Source of the DNA: Methanomassiliicoccales archaeon
GTDB lineage: Archaea > Thermoplasmatota > Thermoplasmata > Methanomassiliicoccales > JACIVX01
Assembly: GCA_029907465.1 (NCBI GenBank)
Contig: JARYLV010000003.1
Location: forward strand, 3,871 to 67,870
Direction: 5' to 3'
Length of the DNA stretch: 64,000 nucleotides
Below, in pieces: positions 1 through 9,453 of the stretch. The notes under the pieces are model-generated. The model had not been told where the DNA came from. It worked only from the letters and a program-made list of their open reading frames with translations, and ran no database searches. The first letter of the stretch is position 1. Each line of letters starts with the position of its first letter. Made by a program: the position numbers and the translations under genes.

Positions 1-1
1 G

Positions 2-166
2 GGCAAGAGATGGATTTACGACCCTGAGGATCACGTTCGATTAAAAGCTGGCGATGTTCTCATCGTCAGAGGAACAGAGGACGGTTACGAGACTCTCAAC
101 AAATATGCAAGCGGTGAAAAAAAGTGGCCTGTGGATTCGAGCGAAGAATATCCCGAGGGCGAATAA
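2..166 (+). CDS. 3' fragment of a TrkA-C/RCK_C-domain protein; the 5' end lies outside the window
   Basis: Frame 2 is open from the window edge and reads GKRWIYDPEDHVRLKAGDVLIVRGTEDGYETLNKYASGEKKWPVDSSEEYPEGE*. The GDxLxVxG..e..l pattern is typical of the end of an RCK_C domain. The TAA stop at 164-166 lies one nt before the next ATG. Confidence 0.5.
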   Translation, partial: GKRWIYDPEDHVRLKAGDVLIVRGTEDGYETLNKYASGEKKWPVDSSEEYPEGE

Positions 167-167
167 T

Positions 168-749
168 ATGCAAGACATAGAGAAAATGTTCCTCGAAGTA
201 AAGGACACTTCGGAGCTGATGATCGACCTTGCGTATTCCTCCTTGATTTACAACAACAAAGACATTGCAGAAGAAGTCTTCATCATGGAAGAAATGATTG
301 ATGAATTGACAAGCCAGCTGCAGGAAGAGGCGATAAAACGAGCAATCGAGGACAAAAACGTCCACAAAGCGCTCGCTGTAATCAGGTTAGCTACTTCGAT
401 CGAAGAGATTTCCGATGCGGCAATGCAGATCGCGGATGTTGTCCTCCGAGACGTTCGACCGCATCCAGTCATTCAGATGAGCATGAGGGAATCTGATGTG
501 ATTATCACAACGGCCAAGGTCAGCGAGAATTCCGAATTGGCAAATAAGTCGCTTGGTGATATAAAACTCCCATCAAAATGCGGTATGTGGCTCGTCGCAA
601 TAAAAAGGGGGAAGAAGTATATTTACGGCCCGGACAAACATACCATTGTCTTGCCTCAAGACGTTCTCATAGCGAGAGGCCCTCCAGACGGTGAGGAATA
701 TTTTAAGTGTTTAGCTGCTGGAACAAACGAAGGAACAAACGAAGATTGA
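168..749 (+). CDS. PhoU-like helical domain plus TrkA-C (RCK_C) domain protein, a putative transport regulator
   Basis: This is part of track ORF 54-749. The upstream gene stops at 166, so ATG 168 (MQDIEKMFLEVKDTSELMIDLAYSS...) is the likely start. The N-terminal helical region resembles PhoU. The C-terminal part (SLGDIKLPSKCGMWLVAIKRGKKYIYGPDKHTIVLPQDVLIARG) resembles RCK_C. Confidence 0.6.
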   Translation: MQDIEKMFLEVKDTSELMIDLAYSSLIYNNKDIAEEVFIMEEMIDELTSQLQEEAIKRAIEDKNVHKALAVIRLATSIEEISDAAMQIADVVLRDVRPHPVIQMSMRESDVIITTAKVSENSELANKSLGDIKLPSKCGMWLVAIKRGKKYIYGPDKHTIVLPQDVLIARGPPDGEEYFKCLAAGTNEGTNED

Positions 750-829
750 CGAGAATTTGGAAGCATGACGGAAGTTCATGGTAAGAGAGGAAAGTGACTC
801 ATTGGATTCACTGGAAAAAGAATGTATAG

Positions 830-902
830 TAGCCCCGGGCAGATTCGAACTGCCGTCGCAGGATCCAGAGTCCCGCATGATTGACCGCTACACCACGGGG
901 CT
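830..902 (-). tRNA. tRNA-Gln (anticodon CUG), no encoded CCA
   Basis: The reverse complement reads AGCCCCGTGGTGTAGCGGTCAATCATGCGGGACTCTGGATCCTGCGACGGCAGTTCGAATCTGCCCGGGGCTA (73 nt). The acceptor stem pairs AGCCCCG with CGGGGCT. The anticodon loop is CTCTGGA with CTG central. The T arm is GGCAG-TTCGAATC-CTGCC. Confidence 0.9.
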
Positions 903-1034
903 ATGCATTCTCTCGAAAAGTTTGCTTGAATTTAATTTTTTTGCAGTATCTCTCAACCGAATAATTATCAACATGTCATGAACGGTTCTTTAATATATTA
1001 TTTGTAAAAAAATATGTTACTTAGATAACTGCCT

Positions 1035-1670
1035 TCAGATCACACCTTTCAATTCCTTTCTTATCCTCTCAAACACTTCATCGATACTTCCATCGCCATT
1101 AACCTCGAAAAGGACACCTTTCTTTCGATAGTACTCAATCAGCGGCAATGTCGCCTCTTTATAAATGCGTAATCGCTGTCGGACAACACCTTCTGTGTCA
1201 TCAGAGCGCTGGTAAAGTTCTCCTCCACATTTATCGCATTTCCCTGGGATAGCTGGTGGATTAGTTTCAAGATTGTAGACTGCACCGCATTGCTTGCATG
1301 TTCTTCGTTTTGTTAAACGCTCTACGATCTTATTCTCATCCACATCCAGATTAATTGCAGCTTTTACGAGAACGATCTCGTCGAGCATTTTTGCTTGAAC
1401 CAAATTCCTTGGATACCCATCAAACAGCAAGACGCCACTCATACCTGAGATTTTTTCACGAATTAATTCGGTGACAACTTCATCAGGGACGAGCTCTCCC
1501 CTATCGACGTAGTTCTTTGCTTTTAGCCCGATGGTTGTGCCTTTCCGAATCGCCTCTCTAAGCATATCACCAGTCGAGATATGGATGAGCTTTAATTCCT
1601 CAGCGAGTCTTGCGGCCTGAGTCCCCTTTCCAGACCCCGGAGGGCCAAGTAAGACCAGTGCGTGCATCAC
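1035..1670 (-). CDS. adk: adenylate kinase with a zinc-binding lid
   Basis: It has the P-loop GPPGSGKGTQA and a CxxC...CxxC lid (CKQCGAVY...CDKCGGELYQRSDD). Similarity to Adk runs the full length. Confidence 0.95.
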   Translation of the reverse strand: MMHALVLLGPPGSGKGTQAARLAEELKLIHISTGDMLREAIRKGTTIGLKAKNYVDRGELVPDEVVTELIREKISGMSGVLLFDGYPRNLVQAKMLDEIVLVKAAINLDVDENKIVERLTKRRTCKQCGAVYNLETNPPAIPGKCDKCGGELYQRSDDTEGVVRQRLRIYKEATLPLIEYYRKKGVLFEVNGDGSIDEVFERIRKELKGVI

Positions 1671-1814
1671 GAACCGCCAAATGCTCTTTCTACTTATACA
1701 ATTTTCCTAGTCGCTTCTAATTACGCAGAAGATTTTCGTTCCCAGATTGCTTCCGGGATTGACGGAGCACAAGTATTTTTAGGATGAGCCATTATTCCCA
1801 ATTTCGGTGACAGT

Positions 1815-3245
1815 TTGGAAGAGAAATTGCTGGCACAGATAAAATCCATCGTCGGTGAGGAGAACTTTTCCACAAGAATCGCTGATCTCTACACCTACGG
1901 CTTCGACGCATCAATACATCATAGAACACCCGACGTTGTTGTTCAACCGAAAACGACAGAACAGGTGTCCCAGATCCTAAGGCTTGCAAATGAGAACCGT
2001 ATACCCGTTCTTGCAAGAGGGGGCGGAACGGGACTATGCGGGAGCGCTGTCCCGATCAAGGGCGGGATCGTCATGGACATGACGAAGATGAACCAGATCA
2101 AAGAAATACGCGTCGAAGACCTCTATTGCGTTGTGGGACCAGGCGTTGTCTACGATAAACTAAACGAGGCGCTCGCACCCTACGGGTTTTTCTTTCCGCC
2201 GACACCTGGAAGCGGTGAGGCATGCACTATTGGAGGAATGGTTGCGACGAACGCCTCGGGCATGCGCGCGATAAAATATGGAGCAACGAGAGATTACGTC
2301 CTTGGACTCGAAGTCGTTCTCGCAAATGGCGATGTGATCAGAACTGGGACGAGGACGATTAAGAATTCATCGGGGTATCAATTAGAGAGATTGTTCGTTG
2401 GGAGCGAGGGCACATTAGGTGTTATAACAGAGGTGACATTGAGAATAGCGCCGAAGCCAAAAAAGTCCGCAATGGCGGTGGCCGCATTCGATTCTTTAGA
2501 AAAAGCTGGGAGATGTGTCTCTGCAATCATCGCCAAACCGCTCATACCCTCAGCTATAGAATTGATGGATCGCATCTGCATCAAGGCGGTAAACAAGACG
2601 ATGCACGTCGGATTTCCGGATTGCGAGGCACTTTGCCTCATCGAAGTCGATGGTGATCCAAAGGTCGTTGAGGATGAAGTGAAAGAAGTTCATGCAATCT
2701 GCAAAGAAGTCGGTGCAATCGGCGTTGAATTCTCAACCGACCCTAAGCAGATGGCAAAATGGACGGCGGGCAGAAAAGCCGTTCTTCCAGCACTCAGCAG
2801 GTATGGAGATGAATACGTTTCTGTTTCCCTTGCAGATGACATGTCAGTGCCGATTTCCAAAATACCAGAAACTGTTGTAGCATTCCAGAAGATTGCTGAA
2901 CGTAACAATGTGATTGTTGGCACTTACGGTCATGCAGCCGATGGGAATCTTCATACGAAGATGTTGCTAAATCCGCTTTCAGAGGAATCTTGGAAGAATG
3001 GAGAGAGAGCGGTGGGAGAGATTTTCGATGCGGTCATCGCTGTTGGTGGAACGGTTACAGGGGAGCACGGTGTTGGGATTTCAAAGGCGCCGTATATGCA
3101 AAAGGAGCGGGAAAACGTTTTGGGTGTGATGAAGGCGATCAAGAGGGCTCTTGATCCGAACAACATCTTGAACCCAGGAAAACTGATGGAATGGGAAGGA
3201 TCAATCATCAAATACCTTCGCTATCCGTGCAGGGATTTCGCTTGA
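1815..3245 (+). CDS. FAD-linked oxidase of the GlcD / D-lactate dehydrogenase family
   Basis: FAD-binding PCMH-type motifs are present (RGGGTGLCGSAVP, GEACTIGGMVATNASG). The C-terminal region (GTVTGEHGVGISK...DPNNILNPGK) is typical of this family. The start appears to be TTG. Confidence 0.85.
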   Translation: MEEKLLAQIKSIVGEENFSTRIADLYTYGFDASIHHRTPDVVVQPKTTEQVSQILRLANENRIPVLARGGGTGLCGSAVPIKGGIVMDMTKMNQIKEIRVEDLYCVVGPGVVYDKLNEALAPYGFFFPPTPGSGEACTIGGMVATNASGMRAIKYGATRDYVLGLEVVLANGDVIRTGTRTIKNSSGYQLERLFVGSEGTLGVITEVTLRIAPKPKKSAMAVAAFDSLEKAGRCVSAIIAKPLIPSAIELMDRICIKAVNKTMHVGFPDCEALCLIEVDGDPKVVEDEVKEVHAICKEVGAIGVEFSTDPKQMAKWTAGRKAVLPALSRYGDEYVSVSLADDMSVPISKIPETVVAFQKIAERNNVIVGTYGHAADGNLHTKMLLNPLSEESWKNGERAVGEIFDAVIAVGGTVTGEHGVGISKAPYMQKERENVLGVMKAIKRALDPNNILNPGKLMEWEGSIIKYLRYPCRDFA

Positions 3246-3296
3246 GCTCCTAGTCCGTTCCATATCGTCTTATGGACATTTCCAGGACTCAACATT

Positions 3297-3953
3297 TCAC
3301 ACAACAATAACTTCCAAACCAACTAGAAGAAGCGCGATAGTGATTACAAAGACGACGACGAAAATTGGCACGCTCCACCTGATCACTTTTGAGCCGTCAA
3401 GTGGCGGCACGGAGATCAGATTGAAAGCAGCGAGCAATAAATTAATTGTACCAATCCAGCGTAAGATGAACGCAAAGATCGATGAGGGCGGCGCCAAAAA
3501 CCAGAATGCAAGAAACATCGCACCTACCACAAGATTTGTCAATGGTCCGGAGATACTAATAATGCCGTTCTGCCGTCTTGAGATATGGCCTTGGATATAT
3601 ACCGCACCTGGTGCAGCAAATACAAAACCTAGGAACGCGAATGCTAGTGCAAGGATTAGACCAAAAGGGTAGACTCTGAATTCGGCCCACGCTCCATTTC
3701 TCTGGGCAACGAATTTGTGAGCGAGTTCGTGGAGAAGGAACCCAGTCAGGACTATCAGAAACGAAATGCCAATCGAATAACCAAAAGCATCCAAATAAGG
3801 GAGGTCCAGTTGCGCGGCTGTTGAAGCCGTCAATACGATGGCAAAAGCGAAGGTCAAAACAATGACTGCGAGCAGAATATGAAGCGTTTCCAGCTTTCCA
3901 AATCTGATCCTACGATATCCGCGGTAGAGATAGATAGTGTGATCTTCGATCAT
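3297..3953 (-). CDS. M50 (site-2 protease) family membrane metalloprotease
   Basis: The protein is polytopic and hydrophobic. It carries an HExxH motif (LHELAHKF) and a downstream LDG motif (PPLDGSKV). Confidence 0.7.
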   Translation of the reverse strand: MIEDHTIYLYRGYRRIRFGKLETLHILLAVIVLTFAFAIVLTASTAAQLDLPYLDAFGYSIGISFLIVLTGFLLHELAHKFVAQRNGAWAEFRVYPFGLILALAFAFLGFVFAAPGAVYIQGHISRRQNGIISISGPLTNLVVGAMFLAFWFLAPPSSIFAFILRWIGTINLLLAAFNLISVPPLDGSKVIRWSVPIFVVVFVITIALLLVGLEVIVV

Positions 3954-4142
3954 GGCAAGGTCGCTCTACCTACTGAAAAACAATTTAATATACCTTAGCT
4001 TTCGATTACGCACGAAATGATAGTTGAATATGCAGACGAGATTTCAATTGACAGTCGAAATGGATGCGGCGCATATTTTGCAATGACCGACCAACTAGTA
4101 GTTCAAGTCATTGATCCGGTTCCAATGGAGGCGAGTTAGGAT

Positions 4143-6065
4143 TTGCAGGAAAAGGCGGTGAGGATTTCGAAAAAAGGAGCTTCATTTAGGCATGGTAAGG
4201 TCGTTTTCAAATGGTGCGAAGATTGTGGAACGGTCGTACTCGGCGAGAAATGTGATGTTTGTGGAAGCATGGGAAGACCTTTTTGCGTCACTGCCCCTGG
4301 GGATCTCAGACCGTGCCTCCAAGCAGATGCCGACCTCCTAAAGAAAATCTTCAACAAATATTTCGGAGTCTCAGATTTTCTCGAGGGGGTTCAGATATTT
4401 CTAAATAAGATACCAGGAGAGGACAGGGCAGACGAGATCATTGTCGACGGCCGAGTCCTCGGCGTTCTCGCATTCGATGTCCTTTCCAATGATTTCAGAC
4501 TCGAGTTGAGAATTGATGGTGCGCGGGCCCTTGCGGACATCGCGAAGAAAGGAGTCGTCGAAATTGAGATGCCGAAAGGCCATCTTAAAGGAAAAAATGT
4601 CTCAGGTGCGTTGATAAAGCATATCGCAGATTCCTTCAATGTCAATGATCCACTTATCGTCCTTGCCGGTGATCTTGTTTGCAATGGCATAGCAAGAGTC
4701 CCAAGCGACCAAGCAAAGAATTCAGACAAGGCGATTGGCATCAGAGACGTAGGGAAAGGACCTTTTAGAATTTCTAGAAAAAAGAGATGCTGGTCAAGAT
4801 TTGTAGAGGCTAATATCAGCCATTTCAAATCACTTGAAGCAAAAGCAGTGAGCGATGTGAAATCATACGTCAACAGCAGAAGAGATCTGCCAGTGACGCT
4901 TTCTTTCAGTGGTGGCAAGGACTCCCTTGTTTGTTTTGGCATTTTGGAGAAGGCCACCAAGAATTTCTCAATGATTTTCGTTAACACAGGTCTCGAATTT
5001 CCTGAGACGACTGACTATGTCCAACGCTTCGCAGAAAAGCGTGGACTTGAATTACTAGTGGCTGATGCAAATGACGGATTCTGGAACAATGTCGACTTTT
5101 TTGGTCCACCAGCCAAGGATTTCAGATGGTGCTGTAAGGTCTGCAAGCTTGGGCCCCTCACCGCTCTAATAGAAGATCGTTTCCCAAAAGGGACGATAAC
5201 GATCGAAGGGAACAGAACATTCGAATCATTTACTAGGGCCCACATTGCATTTGTTGAGAACAATCCATTTGTTCCAAACCAGGTCATTCTTAATCCTATC
5301 AGAGAATGGAGATCGGTCGAAGTGTGGGGATATCTCTGGTGGAAGAATTTCGAATACAACCCACTATATGAGGAGGGGTATGAGAGGATCGGATGTTATC
5401 TATGCCCAGCATGCCTTGCAAGTGAGTGGAAGAGAACAAAAATCCTTCATCCAAAACTCAGTAATAGATGGGAAGAATACCTTCACAACTGGGCAAATAA
5501 AATGAATCTGCCTGAAGAATTCGTCAGATATGGATTCTGGAGATGGAAAGTTCTTCCGAAGAAGATGAGAAAGCTCGCAGCGAACATTAGACTGAGCATT
5601 CCAATGGTCAGACTAGATGGCATCCAGATGAAAATGGTCAAAGGAGCAACTCCCTGCGCTGCAGGAGGGTATTCGCTAGAAGGAGTCGTATCAGTTCCCA
5701 GGAGGAGGAGTTTCTCAAAGGTCGCCGAAATGATGAAGACGATTGGATCAGTTAAACATTCAGAAGAGTATGAAATCGCAATGGTGAAGACGAAGGGCGG
5801 GACTGTAAAAGTGTTTGGTGGCGGCCAAATTGTTGTGACTAGCCCAACCCCTGATGTTGCAGAGCGATTGTTCGAAATGGCTGTTAAAGCCCTTCTCCGA
5901 TCACAACTTTGCACCGAATGCGGAATCTGCATTAAAAATTGTCAGAAAAAGGCGATCAAGCTAGACAATGGCCCGATAATAATTGAAGATAAATGCAGCC
6001 ACTGCGGCAAATGCGCCGATGCGTGCGTCATTGCACACTACTATGACAAGCTTGTCTCTCAATAA
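4143..6065 (+). CDS. PAPS-reductase-like PP-loop protein with an N-terminal zinc ribbon and a C-terminal 2x[4Fe-4S] ferredoxin domain
   Basis: It has an N-terminal CEDCG...CDVCG zinc ribbon and the PP-loop SFSGGKDS. The C-terminus reads CTECGICIKNC...CSHCGKCADAC. The start appears to be TTG. Confidence 0.75.
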   Translation: MQEKAVRISKKGASFRHGKVVFKWCEDCGTVVLGEKCDVCGSMGRPFCVTAPGDLRPCLQADADLLKKIFNKYFGVSDFLEGVQIFLNKIPGEDRADEIIVDGRVLGVLAFDVLSNDFRLELRIDGARALADIAKKGVVEIEMPKGHLKGKNVSGALIKHIADSFNVNDPLIVLAGDLVCNGIARVPSDQAKNSDKAIGIRDVGKGPFRISRKKRCWSRFVEANISHFKSLEAKAVSDVKSYVNSRRDLPVTLSFSGGKDSLVCFGILEKATKNFSMIFVNTGLEFPETTDYVQRFAEKRGLELLVADANDGFWNNVDFFGPPAKDFRWCCKVCKLGPLTALIEDRFPKGTITIEGNRTFESFTRAHIAFVENNPFVPNQVILNPIREWRSVEVWGYLWWKNFEYNPLYEEGYERIGCYLCPACLASEWKRTKILHPKLSNRWEEYLHNWANKMNLPEEFVRYGFWRWKVLPKKMRKLAANIRLSIPMVRLDGIQMKMVKGATPCAAGGYSLEGVVSVPRRRSFSKVAEMMKTIGSVKHSEEYEIAMVKTKGGTVKVFGGGQIVVTSPTPDVAERLFEMAVKALLRSQLCTECGICIKNCQKKAIKLDNGPIIIEDKCSHCGKCADACVIAHYYDKLVSQ

Positions 6066-6190
6066 GCGATTATTTTGCTTATTGATAATTGAGTAGATCA
6101 ACAACGGTTGCCAGGCGATTCCACTCAACGCTGCGAATTTTCCTGAAAGCCCTATTTTTAAATAGTTATAATAAATCCCTCAAAACGATC

Positions 6191-6886
6191 ATGAACACGA
6201 ACTTACTGATTGCAGGTGCAATTGGATTTGCTTCATCAATGGCCCTGATGTTCTGGACTTTGAGAGACTATACCTATCCAAGAATTGAGAAACCTTTTTT
6301 TGACGACAGAAAAGTTTTCGGCTTATTCGCTCTTGGGCTCGTCCTTGGCATCGTGATCTTTAGCGCTCAAACCTATTTCCCACTTGCTGTTGTTGTCGTT
6401 GCGCTAGCCTTCGCTCTTGTTGAGGAACTCATCAAATTGATAATCCTCAATATTCCAAAATTTCAGAAGAAACCTGATACTGGTTTCTACGGACTTGCAC
6501 TTGGTTTTGGTATCGGAAGCACGATAGCATTTGGAGCGGTTTATCTCACTTTATCTTTTATCGACGAGATCAACATATGGGCCGCTAGCACAACAATGAT
6601 TCTCGCCTTGCAGATTGTTTTCCTTCACGGTTCAACGGGCGCGACGATCGGCATTGGTGTTGCGAGGGGTACGCCATGGGGCCTGTTCGCGCAGGCTGCA
6701 CTCGTACATCTCGTATACAACTTAATGATGATCCCATTTTATATGTCTGAATTCACTTTCGGTGCCTTACTTTTCATTATCGCCTTCATCTTTCTTGTTT
6801 CTTATTACTTATATGTCCACTATCGCCTTATACCAGATTTCGTCTTCGAACTGATTTCAAAGTTCGAATCGAGATCAAAACATTAA
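6191..6886 (+). CDS. PrsW-like intramembrane protease family membrane protein
   Basis: This is a multi-pass membrane protein. It carries EExxK (VEELIKL) and HxxxN (HLVYNLMM) motifs reminiscent of PrsW. The internal ATG at 6191 (MNTNLLIAGAIGF) is preferred over the track start at 6089. Confidence 0.5.
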   Translation: MNTNLLIAGAIGFASSMALMFWTLRDYTYPRIEKPFFDDRKVFGLFALGLVLGIVIFSAQTYFPLAVVVVALAFALVEELIKLIILNIPKFQKKPDTGFYGLALGFGIGSTIAFGAVYLTLSFIDEINIWAASTTMILALQIVFLHGSTGATIGIGVARGTPWGLFAQAALVHLVYNLMMIPFYMSEFTFGALLFIIAFIFLVSYYLYVHYRLIPDFVFELISKFESRSKH

Positions 6887-7539
6887 TTTGTGTTCATCTT
6901 CCGAATTATGAAAACCAATTCAGAGACGCAGAATCGTTGTATACAAATGTTGATTTAAACAGGTGCACCTGGGGGAGGGGACAACCAGAAAGGCACGCTA
7001 ACAATTCTTACACTTATGAGTAAATATAAGATAGACTGAACTTTACCTTAGATCCTCTCGCAAATGAGCGGAGATGCGAATGGATATTGAAGCACTTCCT
7101 TGAGATTGCGTGATTGTGAATGTTAGACAGTATTGGTCCTCACTTCACCGCATGCTCTGGCATGTTTTCGTAGTCACAACAAAATGCACTTTATTGTAGA
7201 GAGCTGGATTAGTGTATGGGTATATGCATAGATTGGGATTACTCCATTGTGAGGGGGTCGAATTATTTCGGCCTCGCTATTGTTGAATCCGAAGCAAATG
7301 GACACGAGGTATTCTCATCGACTTCTATACCGTATGGCCAATACGATTGAGCATCAGATATGAGATCAATTCGTCCTTTCGATCGCTTTTGCATTCTCAA
7401 AGGTAATCCCATCAATGAATAGTCTGGACACATGAAAAAATTCAGCAAATTGAATAAAATCTGTCCGTCGAAAATTCCGATGAGTTCTTATGCAGTTCCC
7501 CGCCATTACACATTCGTTAGCTTCCGCTCATTATTAGTA

Positions 7540-7995
7540 TCACACGGGTCGATATCTGCCGGGCCGGGGTTCAAAAATGATTCCAGCCGATAACAATTTC
7601 TCAAGTAGGTTCATCGCCTCTTCCTCATCACCGATGATTCGACACAAGTCCTCAAGTGTGAATTCGCCAGTTTTCGTAGATAGCTCCTTCACGAGGGTCC
7701 TCGCTTGATCTTCGTCATCACTTGCTTTCAAAGGTTTGAGAATTGAAGTGAATTGCGAGTCATCGCGCCTCTTCCCTTTTCTTGTGACGGAATCTGTAAA
7801 ACCATCACCAGCTGATGTCTGTTCCCCGAGCTTTCGAACGGCTTCTGCGAGCTCGGATTCAGAATCAGTTTCGAAATAGATTCTCGCCCTTTTGAGATCA
7901 ATATGTTTTCCGCAGGCTGGACACATCACTTTTTTTGCGGAGAGATTAACCCCGCGAGGCCGGTTGCAATTCGGACAGATAACGACGCCAAACAT
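7540..7995 (-). CDS. zinc-ribbon protein (DUF1922-like) with an acidic linker and a helical C-terminal domain
   Basis: The sequence MFGVVICPNCNRPRG...MCPACGKHIDL contains a CPxC...CPxC ribbon. Its ATG at 7995-7993 overlaps the pdaD stop in TGATG. Confidence 0.5.
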   Translation of the reverse strand: MFGVVICPNCNRPRGVNLSAKKVMCPACGKHIDLKRARIYFETDSESELAEAVRKLGEQTSAGDGFTDSVTRKGKRRDDSQFTSILKPLKASDDEDQARTLVKELSTKTGEFTLEDLCRIIGDEEEAMNLLEKLLSAGIIFEPRPGRYRPV

Positions 7996-8465
7996 CAGTA
8001 TTCTACGAATACGAGGGCGGCAATGCAAGCACCATAGTGATCCATCGGAACGGACAATTCCTCGATTTTATAACGGATTGACTTAAATTCGACGCCTCTC
8101 AACTTAGCCATCTCGTGCATTTTCCATTCGAGGACTTCTCTCAGCGCTTTCTTTGTGCCGTGCATATGTCCCTCTGCCACATATCCACCTTTCCCATCCT
8201 TCCGGAAGCCATAGGCAATGCCAGCTGAGATCATTTCTCCCTCTCCGCCCCTCATCTGTGCGAGGACGCAGTGAGTGATTGCCCCCATCGGCAATGCCCT
8301 CTGCGGGACTTGCTTCGCCCCGATTGGGAGGATAGAAGAGACGGACACGAGGTTCTGTTCCCCGATTTTCGCTTTCAAAAGAGCCTCATCGAACGCGTTA
8401 AGGTCAGATACTTTGCTGACCGCGCAACCTGATGTTACGAAGAATTTCTTTGGAATGATTTGCAT
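7995..8465 (-). CDS. pdaD: pyruvoyl-dependent arginine decarboxylase
   Basis: The sequence MQIIPKKFFVTSG...NLVSVSSILP contains the self-cleavage serine motif. The rest shows family-typical similarity. Confidence 0.9.
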   Translation of the reverse strand: MQIIPKKFFVTSGCAVSKVSDLNAFDEALLKAKIGEQNLVSVSSILPIGAKQVPQRALPMGAITHCVLAQMRGGEGEMISAGIAYGFRKDGKGGYVAEGHMHGTKKALREVLEWKMHEMAKLRGVEFKSIRYKIEELSVPMDHYGACIAALVFVEY

Positions 8466-8502
8466 TAAGCGTCGTATTACAAACAACAGAATTTAAGGAT
8501 TT

Positions 8503-9453
8503 CTATTGTCCCCTACGACACTCTTCGGGGTTTAAGACACGGAGTTCCCTCTCCAGCAACTTAAGATCGCGGGATGTCAACGTTTGAGGGCTTACAGGAA
8601 GCAAAAGAATCGAATTGGTAATAGCAACGTTCTCGTTGAGCAATTGAACAAACTTGAGGACTTTAACGAAGTTACTCTGGCTGATCATATATTCAAGACC
8701 GGAAATCAGTACGATTCCGCACTTGGCCGAGTCAAAGAAATTCTTGATTTCGCTGTATATGAGTGGGATATTCGTCGGCTCCCGTGCGTACTTGATATCC
8801 CTTTCATAGGAAAGCCAGAGGATTGTTGAATTCCCGAGATCATATCGACTTCGTAGCTTCTCTGGATATTCCCTTACGACGCACATACCTGGCTTTCCGT
8901 GAGTGATCTGATCAACATAGATTTCGAACGCAATTGAGGGATCCTCTGATTCGATCAGATACGAATAACCCTCCTCAAGAACATACTTGCTTGCTTCCCC
9001 AGTAGTTCTTATTTCCTGTGGTGTGACCACCTCTTCGACCGGTGTGAGGACGTGGACACAGCACGGACTTCCAGTTGATATGCACGCCCTTTCCTTCGCT
9101 CGATAGCGAGTCTTCAAAAGAGCGCTGACGATCCCAGCGAGGTAGCCACGCGTGAAATCGCAGCCTCGGCCGTGTGATGCTTCGATCGACTCTTCGAACG
9201 TAATAACGATCTCGCTTTCAGTTATCTCTTCCATGACCATTCGGCTCAATCCTGTTTCTGACCAGAGTTGCGGCAGAATCTCAGAAAAGTCATAGAGGTC
9301 CTTTGCCGCAACATCCAGTTCTCGCACAAGACTCATTCCCGCCCTGAATCCAAAGCGTTCTAATGTCTCACCTGCAACGTCGCCCTCAATAAGCTCTAAT
9401 TCCTCCCTTAGATCTAATAACGAAGAACCCGGCAACACATAAAAAGGCTTCAA
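8503..9453 (-). CDS. V4R (4-vinyl reductase-like) domain plus DUF835 domain protein
   Basis: The N-terminal half resembles V4R (ERFGFRAGMSLV...GRGCDFTRGYLAGIVSALL). The C-terminal half resembles DUF835 (GMCVVREYPEKLRSRY...LISGLEYMISQSNFVKVLKFVQLLNE...). A TTG start overlaps the stop of the upstream GTPase gene. Confidence 0.7.
   Translation of the reverse strand: MKPFYVLPGSSLLDLREELELIEGDVAGETLERFGFRAGMSLVRELDVAAKDLYDFSEILPQLWSETGLSRMVMEEITESEIVITFEESIEASHGRGCDFTRGYLAGIVSALLKTRYRAKERACISTGSPCCVHVLTPVEEVVTPQEIRTTGEASKYVLEEGYSYLIESEDPSIAFEIYVDQITHGKPGMCVVREYPEKLRSRYDLGNSTILWLSYERDIKYAREPTNIPLIYSEIKNFFDSAKCGIVLISGLEYMISQSNFVKVLKFVQLLNENVAITNSILLLPVSPQTLTSRDLKLLERELRVLNPEECRRGQ

Noticed and set aside
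778-981. A 67-codon plus-strand ORF
   Set aside because: It overlaps the tRNA-Gln gene on the opposite strand. Its central part is simply the tRNA complement read as protein.
4391-5932. Minus-strand ORFs of 198, 114 and 149 codons inside the PP-loop protein gene
   Set aside because: They are antisense shadows of a gene with clear motifs (SFSGGKDS, ferredoxin cysteines). Their translations show no domain features.
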